Source: Auanema rhodensis (Eukaryota; Animalia; Nematoda). From it: DNA of 64,000 nucleotides. Location: NCBI GenBank assembly GCA_964057225.1, contig CAXKVF010000087.1:1-64000 (forward strand). Direction: 5' to 3'. Each line of letters begins with the position of its first letter. Position 1 is the first letter of the stretch. A program made the position numbers and the translations under genes. The notes beneath the pieces were generated by a model. It was not told the origin of the DNA, did not search any database, and was given only the letters and a program-made list of their open reading frames with translations. This document shows, piece after piece, positions 1 through 10,600 of the stretch.

Positions 1-511
1 AATCTTAACAATATTTAACCTTTCTCTGTTATTGTAACTTGAAATCTTGTTTATGTATATTCTTCTATTTACAAGCATTTAAGCCTCAAGCTATGTTAAA
101 GTTAGACAGTTCCCTAGTTTACCTCTGAGACCTGTTACTACGTATTTTATCCTATAGACATTAGTCATACGGATAGAACGATAGTTACCTCTTGCTGTTA
201 GAACGGGCTTGACTCACATCAAGAGTTCCACCGTACCTGTCAGAATACTATAGAGGTCAGTGATCTACACTGAACAAATCAACTCTTCTTTATCAAACTA
301 GAACTGATTCGAAACCTTAACAAACAAGTAGTGCTGCTCGCTATCATTGTAAAAGAAAATATGCTGAACCTGTTTCTTGTACATATATTTTTTAGTCAAT
401 TATTACAAGTATGTTTGTATTGTAAGGTTCTTTTGAATATCTGCAATTTTCCCGATTTATTAACCTTGTTTTCCGATTATAACCTGTGATTCGAACAATA
501 AACCCGTTCAA
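1..511. other. Non-satellite AT-rich flanking sequence, apparently non-coding
   Basis: No match to the 176-bp monomer on either strand before position 512. No long ORF, RNA gene or recognisable transposon motif seen by eye. Confidence 0.75.
447..486 (+). repeat. Short imperfect tandem duplication in the flank
   Basis: TTTTCCCGATTTATTAACCTTG (447-468) is followed by TTTTCCGATTATAACCTG (469-486). Confidence 0.5.
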
Positions 512-892
512 ACGTGTACATTTAATTAGCATAAATTAAAGTTCACGTAAATTTCAAAGTCATGGTTACCATGCACCAATATCAATAAAAATTTGTTTTT
601 AGACTAATATGGACATGGGGAATCTAATTTTGAAAACCGCATCTCTTCATCTTTCACGTGAAGCGAGTTACATACCAAGTGCACATCACGTGTACATTTA
701 ATTAGCATAAATTAAAGTTCACGTAAATTTCAAAGTCATGGTTACCATGCACCAATATCAATAAAAATTTGTTTTTAGACTAATTTGGACATGGGGAATC
801 TAATTTTGAAAACCGCATCTCTTTATCTTTCACGTGAAGCGAGTTACATACCAAGTGCACATCACGTGTACATTTAATTAGCATAAATTAAA
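512..892 (-). repeat. Inverted block of the 176-bp satellite (2 monomers + 29 bp)
   Basis: Reverse complement of the main monomer. ACGTGTACATTTAATTAGC starts at 512, 688 and 864 (176-bp spacing). Two differences from consensus, at 648 and 785. Confidence 0.97.
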
Positions 893-3270
893 AGAAAGAT
901 AAAGAGATGCGGTTTTCAAAATTAGATTCCCCATGTCCATATTAGTCTAAAAACAAATTTTTATTGATATTGGTGCATGGTAACCATGACTTTGAAATTT
1001 ACGTGAACTTTAATTTATGCTAATTAAATGTACACGTGATGTGCACTTAGTATGTAACTCGCTTCACGTGAAAGATAAAGAGATGCGGTTTTCAAAATTA
1101 GATTCCCCATGTCCATATTAGTCTAAAAACAAATTTTTATTGATATTGGTGCATGGTAACCATGACTTTGAAATTTACGTGAACTTTAATTTATGCTAAT
1201 TAAATGTACACGTGATGTGCACTTGGTATGTAACTCGCTTCACGTGAAAGATAAAGAGATGCGGTTTTCAAAATTAGATTCCCCATGTCCATATTAGTCT
1301 AAAAACAAATTTTTATTGATATTGGTGCATGGTAACCATGACTTTGAAAGTTACGTGAACTTTAATTTATGCTAATTAAATGTACACGTGATGTGCACTT
1401 GGTATGTAACTCGCTTCACGTGAAAGATAAAGAGATGCGGTTTTCAATATTAGATTCCCCATGTCCATATTAGTCTAAAAACAAATTTTTATTGATATTG
1501 GTTCATGGTAACCATGACTTTGAAATTTACGTGAACTTTAATTTATGCTAATTAAATGTACACGTGATGTGCACTTGGTATGTAACTCGCTTCACGTGAA
1601 AGATAAAGAGATGCGGTTTTCAAAATTAGATTCCCCATGTCCATATTAGTCTAAAAACAAATTTTTATTGATATTGGTTCATGGTAACCATGACTTTGAA
1701 ATTTACGTGAACTTTAATTTATGCTAATTAAATGTACACGTGATGTGCACTTAGTATGTAACTCGCTTCACGTGAAAGATAAAGAGATGCGGTTTTCAAA
1801 ATTAGATTCCCCATGTCCATATTAGTCTAAAAACAAATTTTTATTGATATTGGTGCATGGTAACCATGACTTTGAAATTTACGTGAACTTTAATTTATGC
1901 TAATTAAATGTACACGTGATGTGCACTTGGTATGTAACTCGCTTCACGTGAAAGATAAAGAGATGCGGTTTTCAAAATTAGATTCCCCATGTCCATATTA
2001 GTCTAAAAACAAATTTTTATTGATATTGGTTCATGGTAACCATGACTTTGAAATTTACGTGAACTTTAATTAATGCTAATTAAATGTACACGTGATGTGC
2101 ACTTGGTATGTAACTCGCTTCACGTGAAAGATAAAGAGATGCGGTTTTCAAAATTAGATTCCCCATGTCCATATTAGTCTAAAAACAAATTTTTATTGAT
2201 ATTGGTGCATGGTAACCATGACTTTGAAATTTACGTGAACTTTAATTTATGCTAATTAAATGTACACGTGATGTGCACTTGGTATGTAACTCGCTTCACG
2301 TGAAAGATAAGGAGATGCGGTTTTCAAAATTAGATTCCCCATGTCCATATTAGTCTAAAAACAAATTTTTATTCATATTGGTGCATGGTAACCATGACTT
2401 TGAAATTTACGTGAACTTTAATTTATGCTAATTAAATGTACACGTGATGTGCACTTGGTATGTAACTCGCTTCACGTGAAAGATAAAGAGATGCGGTTTT
2501 CAAAATTAGATTCCCCATGTCCATATTAGTTTAAAAACAAATTTTTATTGATATTGGTGCATGGTAACCATGACTTTGAAATTTACGTGAACTTTAATTT
2601 ATGCTAATTAAATGTACACGTGATGTGCACTTGGTATGTAACTCGCTTCACGTGAAAGATAAAGAGATGCGGTTTTCAAAATTAGATTCCCCATGTCCAT
2701 ATTAGTCTTAAAATAAATTTTTATTGATATTGGTGCATGGTAACCATGACTTTGAAATTTACGTGAACTTTAATTTATGCTAATTAAATGTACACGTGAT
2801 GTGCACTTGGTATGTAACTCGCTTCACGTGAAAGATAAAGAGATGCGGTTTTCAAAATTAGATTCCCCATGTCCATATTAGTCTAAAAACAAATTTTTAT
2901 TGATATTGGTTCATGGTAACCATGACTTTGAAATTTACGTGAACTTTAATTTATGCTAATTAAATGTACACGTGATGTGCACTTGGTATGTAACTCGCTT
3001 CACGTGAAAGATAAAGAGATGCGGTTTTCAAAATTAGATTCCCCATGTCCATATTAGTCTAAAAACAAATTTTTATTGATATTGGTTCATGGTAACCATG
3101 ACTTTGAAATTTACGTGAACTTTAATTAATGCTAATTAAATGTACACGTGATGTGCACTTGGTATGTAACTCGCTTCACGTGAAAGATAAAGAGATGCGG
3201 TCTTCAAAATTAGATTCCCCATGTCCATATTAGTCTAAAAACAAATTTTTATTGATATTGGTGCATGGTG

Positions 3271-6200
3271 ACCATGACTTTGAAATTTACGTGAACTTTA
3301 ATTTATGCTAATTAAATGTACACGTGATGTGCACTTGGTATGTAACTCGCTTCACGTGAAAGATAAGGAGATGCGGTTTTCAAAATTAGATTCCCCATGT
3401 CCATATTAGTCTAAAAACAAATTTTTATTCATATTGGTGCATGGTAACCATGACTTTGAAATTTACGTGAACTTTAATTTATGCTAATTAAATGTACACG
3501 TGATGTGCACTTGGTATGTAACTCGCTTCACGTGAAAGATAAAGAGATGCGGTTTTCAAAATTAGATTCCCCATGTCCATATTAGTCTAAAAACAAATTT
3601 TTATTGATATTGGTGCATGGTAACCATGACTTTGAAATTTACGTGAACTTTAATTTATGCTAATTAAATGTACACGTGATGTGCACTTGGTATGTAACTC
3701 GCTTCACGTGAAAGATAAAGAGATGCGGTTTTCAAAATTAGATTCCCCATGTCCATATTAGTTTAAAAACAAATTTTTATTGATATTGGTGCATGGTAAC
3801 CATGACTTTGAAATTTACGTGAACTTTAATTTATGCTAATTAAATGTACACGTGATGTGCACTTGGTATGTAACTCGCTTCACGTGAAAGATAAAGAGAT
3901 GCGGTTTTCAAAATTAGATTCCCCATGTCCATATTAGTCTAAAAACAAATTTTTATTGATATTGGTGCATGGTAACCATGACTTTGAAAGTTACGTGAAC
4001 TTTAATTTATGCTAATTAAATGTACACGTGATGTGCACTTGGTATGTAACTCGCTTCACGTGAAAGATAAAGAGATGCGGTTTTCAATATTAGATTCCCC
4101 ATGTCCATATTAGTCTAAAAACAAATTTTTATTGATATTGGTTCATGGTAACCATGACTTTGAAATTTACGTGAACTTTAATTTATGCTAATTAAATGTA
4201 CACGTGATGTGCACTTGGTATGTAACTCGCTTCACGTGAAAGATAAAGAGATGCGGTTTTCAAAATTAGATTCCCCATGTCCATATTAGTCTAAAAACAA
4301 ATTTTTATTGATATTAGTGCATGGTAACCATGACTTTGAAATTTACGTGAACTTTAATTTATGCTAATTAAATGTACACGTGATGTGCACTTGGTATGTA
4401 ACTCGCTTCACGTGAAAGATAAAGAGATGCGGTTTTCAAAATTAGATTCCCCATGTCCATATTAGTCTAAAAACAAATTTTTATTGATATTGGTGCATGG
4501 TAACCATGACTTTGAAATTTACGTGAACTTTAATTTATGCTAATTAAATGTACACGTGATGTGCACTTGGTATGTAACTCGCTTCACGTGAAAGATAAAG
4601 AGATGCGGTTTTCAAAATTAGATTCCCCATGTCCATATTAGTCTAAAAACAAATTTTTATTGATATTGGTTCATGGTAACCATGACTTTGAAATTTACGT
4701 GAACTTTAATTTATGCTAATTAAATGTACACGTGATGTGCACTTAGTATGTAACTCGCTTCACGTGAAAGATAAAGAGATGCGGTTTTCAAAATTAGATT
4801 CCCCATGTCCATATTAGTCTAAAAACAAATTTTTATTGATATTGGTTCATGGTAACCATGACTTTGAAATTTACGTGAACTTTAATTTATGCTAATTAAA
4901 TGTACACGTGATGTGCACTTGGTATGTAACTCGCTTCACGTGAAAGATAAGGAGATGCGGTTTTCAAAATTAGATTCCCCATGTCCATATTAGTCTAAAA
5001 ACAAATTTTTATTCATATTGGTGCATGGTAACCATGACTTTGAAATTTACGTGAACTTTAATTTATGCTAATTAAATGTACACGTGATGTGCACTTGGTA
5101 TGTAACTCGCTTCACGTGAAAGATAAAGAGATGCGGTTTTCAAAATTAGATTCCCCATGTCCATATTAGTTTAAAAACAAATTTTTATTGATATTGGTGC
5201 ATGGTAACCATGACTTTGAAATTTACGTGAACTTTAATTTATGCTAATTAAATGTACACGTGATGTGCACTTGGTATGTAACTCGCTTCACGTGAAAGAT
5301 AAAGAGATGCGGTTTTCAAAATTAGATTCCCCATGTCCATATTAGTCTTAAAATAAATTTTTATTGATATTGGTGCATGGTAACCATGACTTTGAAATTT
5401 ACGTGAACTTTAATTTATGCTAATTAAATGTACACGTGATGTGCACTTGGTATGTAACTCGCTTCACGTGAAAGATAAGGAGATGCGGTTTTCAAAATTA
5501 GATTCCCCATGTCCATATTAGTCTAAAAACAAATTTTTATTCATATTGGTGCATGGTAACCATGACTTTGAAATTTACGTGAACTTTAATTTATGCTAAT
5601 TAAATGTACACGTGATGTGCACTTGGTATGTAACTCGCTTCACGTGAAAGATAAAGAGATGCGGTTTTCAAAATTAGATTCCCCATGTCCATATTAGTCT
5701 AAAAACAAATTTTTATTGATATTGGTGCATGGTAACCATGACTTTGAAATTTACGTGAACTTTAATTTATGCTAATTAAATGTACACGTGATGTGCACTT
5801 GGTATGTAACTCGCTTCACGTGAAAGATAAAGAGATGCGGTTTTCAAAATTAGATTCCCCATGTCCATATTAGTTTAAAAACAAATTTTTATTGATATTG
5901 GTGCATGGTAACCATGACTTTGAAATTTACGTGAACTTTAATTTATGCTAATTAAATGTACACGTGATGTGCACTTGGTATGTAACTCGCTTCACGTGAA
6001 AGATAAAGAGATGCGGTTTTCAAAATTAGATTCCCCATGTCCATATTAGTCTAAAAACAAATTTTTATTGATATTGGTGCATGGTAACCATGACTTTGAA
6101 AGTTACGTGAACTTTAATTTATGCTAATTAAATGTACACGTGATGTGCACTTGGTATGTAACTCGCTTCACGTGAAAGATAAAGAGATGCGGTTTTCAAT

Positions 6201-7062
6201 ATTAGATTCCCAATGTCCATATTAGTCTAAAAACAAATTTTTATTGATATTGGTTCATGGTAACCATGACTTTGAAATTTACGTGAACTTTAATTTATGC
6301 TAATTAAATGTACACGTGATGTGCACTTGGTATGTAACTCGCTTCACGTGAAAGATAAAGAGATGCGGTTTTCAAAATTAGATTCCCCATGTCCATATTA
6401 GTCTAAAAACAAATTTTTATTGATATTAGTGCATGGTAACCATGACTTTGAAATTTACGTGAACTTTAATTTATGCTAATTAAATGTACACGTGATGTGC
6501 ACTTGGTATGTAACTCGCTTCACGTGAAAGATAAAGAGATGCGGTTTTCAAAATTAGATTCCCCATGTCCATATTAGTCTAAAAACAAATTTTTATTGAT
6601 ATTGGTGCATGGTAACCATGACTTTGAAATTTACGTGAACTTTAATTTATGCTAATTAAATGTACACGTGATGTGCACTTGGTATGTAACTCGCTTCACG
6701 TGAAAGATAAAGAGATGCGGTTTTCAAAATTAGATTCCCCATGTCCATATTAGTCTAAAAACAAATTTTTATTGATATTGGTTCATGGTAACCATGACTT
6801 TGAAATTTACGTGAACTTTAATTTATGCTAATTAAATGTACACGTGATGTGCACTTAGTATGTAACTCGCTTCACGTGAAAGATAAAGAGATGCGGTTTT
6901 CAAAATTAGATTCCCCATGTCCATATTAGTCTAAAAACAAATTTTTATTGATATTGGTTCATGGTAACCATGACTTTGAAATTTACGTGAACTTTAATTT
7001 ATGCTAATTAAATGTACACGTGATGTGCACTTGGTATGTAACTCGCTTCACGTGAAAGATAA
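3271..7062 (+). repeat. Block duplication at 12-monomer offset (2112 bp): 3271-4950 vs 5383-7062
   Basis: Shared variants at 3367/5479 (AAGGAG), 3430/5542 (ATTCAT), 3990/6102 (GAAAGTT), ~4316/6428 (ATTAGTGC), 4745/6857 (TTAGTAT). Private difference at 6212. Confidence 0.85.
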
Positions 7063-7663
7063 AGAGATGCGGTTTTCAAAATTAGATTCCCCATGTCCAT
7101 ATTAGTCTAAAAACAAATTTTTATTGATATTGGTTCATGGTAACCATGACTTTGAAATTTACGTGAACTTTAATTTATGCTAATTAAATGTACACGTGAT
7201 GTGCACTTAGTATGTAACTCGCTTCACGTGAAAGATAAAGAGATGCGGTTTTCAAAATTAGATTCCCCATGTCCATATTAGTCTAAAAACAAATTTTTAT
7301 TGATATTGGTTCATGGTAACCATGACTTTGAAATTTACGTGAACTTTAATTTATGCTAATTAAATGTACACGTGATGTGCACTTGGTATGTAACTCGCTT
7401 CACGTGAAAGATAAAGAGATGCGGTTTACAAAATTAGATTCCCCATGTCCATATTAGTCTAAAAACAAATTTTTATTGATATTGGTTCATGGTAACCATG
7501 ACTTTGAAATTTACGTGAACTTTAATTTATGCTAATTAAATGTACACGTGATGTGCACTTGGTATGTAACTCGCTTCACGTGAAAGATAAAGAGATGCGG
7601 TTTTCAATATTAGATTCCCCATGTCCATATTAGTCTAAAAACAAAATTTTTTTGATATTGGTT

Positions 7664-10600
7664 CATGGTAACCATGACTTTGAAATTTACGTGAACTTTA
7701 ATTTATGCTAATTAAATGTACACGTGATGTGCACTTGGTATGTAACTCGCTTCACGTGAAAGATAAAGAGATGCGGTTTTCAAAATTAGATTCCCCATGT
7801 CCATATTAGTCTAAAAACAAATTTTTATTGATATTGGTTCATGGTAACCATGACTTTGAAATTTACGTGAACTTTAATTTATGCTAATTAAATGTACACG
7901 TGATGTGCACTTAGTATGTAACTCGCTTCACGTGAAAGATAAAGAGATGCGGTTTTCAAAATTAGATTCCCCATGTCCATATTAGTCTAAAAACAAATTT
8001 TTATTGATATTGGTGCATGGTAACCATGACTTTGAAATTTACGTGAACTTTAATTTATGCTAATTAAATGTACACGTGATGTGCACTTGGTATGTAACTC
8101 GCTTCACGTGAAAGATAAAGAGATGCGGTTTTCAAAATTAGATTCCCCATGTCCATATTAGTCTAAAAACAAATTTTTATTGATATTGGTTCATGGTAAC
8201 CATGACTTTGAAATTTACGTGAACTTTAATTTATGCTAATTAAATGTACACGTGATGTGCACTTGGTATGTAACTCGCTTCACGTGAAAGATAAAGAGAT
8301 GCGGTTTTCAAAATTAGATTCCCCATGTCCATATTAGTCTAAAAACAAATTTTTATTGATATTGGTTCATGGTAACCATGACTTTGAAATTTACGTGAAC
8401 TTTAATTTATGCTAATTAAATGTACACGTGATGTGCACTTGGTATGTAACTCGCTTCACGTGAAAGATAAAGAGATGCGGTTTTCAAAATTAGATTCCCC
8501 ATGTCCATATTAGTCTAAAAACAAATTTTTATTGATATTGGTTCATGGTAACCATGACTTTGAAATTTACGTGAACTTTAATTAATGCTAATTAAATGTA
8601 CACGTGATGTGCACTTGGTATGTAACTCGCTTCACGTGAAAGATAAAGAGATGCGGTTTTCAAAATTAGATTCCCCATGTCCATATTAGTCTAAAAACAA
8701 ATTTTTATTGGTATTGGTGCATGGTAACCATGACTTTGAAATTTACGTGAACTTTAATTTATGCTAATTAAATGTACACGTGATGTGCACTTGGTATGTA
8801 ACTCGCTTCACGTGAAAGATAAAGAGATGCGGTTTTCAAAATTAGATTCCCCATGTCCATATTAGTCTAAAAACAAATGTTTATTGATATTGGTGCATGG
8901 TAACCATGACTTTGAAATTTACGTGAACTTTAATTTATGCTAATTAAATGTACACGTGATGTGCACTTGGTATGTAACTCGCTTCACGTGAAAGATAAGG
9001 AGATGCGGTTTTCAAAATTAGATTCCCCATGTCCATATTAGTCTAAAAACAAATTTTTATTGATATTGGTGCATGGTAACCATGACTTTGAAATTTACGT
9101 GAACTTTAATTTATGCTAATTAAATGTACACGTGATGTGCACTTGGTATGTAACTCGCTTCACGTGAAAGATAAAGAGATGCGGTATTCAAAATTAGATT
9201 TCCCATGTCCATATTAGTCTAAAAACAAATTTTTATTGATATTGGTTCATGGTAACCATGACTTTGAAATTTACGTGAACTTTAATTTATGCTAATTAAA
9301 TGTACACGTGATGTGCACTTGGTATGTAACTCGCTTCACGTGAAAGATAAAGAGATGCGGTTTTCAAAATTAGATTCCCCATGTCCATATTAGTCTAAAA
9401 ACAAATTTTTATTGATATTGGTTCATGGTAACCATGACTTTGAAATTTACGTGAACTTTAATTAATGCTAATTAAATGTACACGTGATGTGCACTTGGTA
9501 TGTAACTCGCTTCACGTGAAAGATAAAGAGATGCGGTTTTCAAAATTAGATTCCCCATGTCCATATTAGTCTAAAAACAAATTTTTATTGATATTGGTGC
9601 ATGGTAACCATGACTTTGAAATTTACGTGAACTTTAATTTATGCTAATTAAATGTACACGTGATGTGCACTTGGTATGTAACTCGCTTCACGTGAAAGAT
9701 AAGGAGATGCGGTTTTCAAAATTAGATTCCCCATGTCCATATTAGTCTAAAAACAAATTTTTATTGATATTGGTGCATGGTAACCATGGCTTTGAAATTT
9801 ACGTGAACTTTAATTTATGCTAATTAAATGTACACGTGATGTGCACTTGGTATGTTACTCGCTTCACGTGAAAGATAAAGAGATGCGGTATTCAAAATTA
9901 GATTCCCCATGTCCATATTAGTCTAAAAACAAATTTTTATTGATATTGGTGCATGGTAACCATGACTTTGAAAGTTACGTGAACTTTAATTTATGCTAAT
10001 TAAATGTACACGTGATGTGCACTTGGTATGTAACTCGCTTCACGTGAAAGATAAAGAGATGCGGTTTTCAATATTAGATTCCCCATGTCCATATTAGTCT
10101 AAAAACAAATTTTTATTGATATTGGTTCATGGTAACCATGACTTTGAAATTTACGTGAACTTTAATTTATGCTAATTAAATGTACACGTGATGTGCACTT
10201 GGTATGTAACTCGCTTCACGTGAAAGATAAAGAGATGCGGTTTTCAAAATTAGATTCCCCATGTCCATATTAGTCTAAAAACAAATTTTTATTGATATTG
10301 GTGCATGGTAACCATGACTTTGAAATTTACGTGAACTTTAATTTATGCTAATTAAATGTACACGTGATGTGCACTTGGTATGTAACTCGCTTCACGTGAA
10401 AGATAAAGAGATGCGGTTTTCAAAATTAGATTCCCCATGTCCATATTAGTCTAAAAACAAATTTTTATTGATATTGGTTCATGGTAACCATGACTTTGAA
10501 ATTTACGTGAACTTTAATTTATGCTAATTAAATGTACACGTGATGTGCACTTAGTATGTAACTCGCTTCACGTGAAAGATAAAGAGATGCGGTTTTCAAA

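Noticed and set aside
197-513. Possible MITE bounded by GTTAGAACGGGCTT (197-210) and AAACCCGTTCAAAC (500-513), a 12/14 inverted match ending at the satellite junction
   Set aside because: The match is short, imperfect and plausible by chance in 500 bp, and no target-site duplication is visible. Multi-copy evidence elsewhere in the genome would be needed.
1209-1216. Budding-yeast point centromere (CDEI match ATCACGTG)
   Set aside because: There is no >90% AT CDEII or CDEIII consensus at the right spacing, and point centromeres are single-copy. Kept only as an E-box observation.
1071-1246. Assignment to known ~176-bp satellites (Brassica CentBr, honey bee AluI) or to alpha satellite / CEN178
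   Set aside because: Only the length is similar. The consensus has no AAGCTT or AGCT site and I recognise no sequence similarity. A database search is needed.
1071-1246. Tandem 5S rRNA, tRNA, snRNA or spliced-leader gene array
   Set aside because: No recognisable Pol III A/B/C boxes, cloverleaf or known RNA sequence in the monomer.
1230-1250. CENP-B box
   Set aside because: CTCGCTTCACGTGAA does not fit the TTCGNNNNANNCGGG core on either strand.
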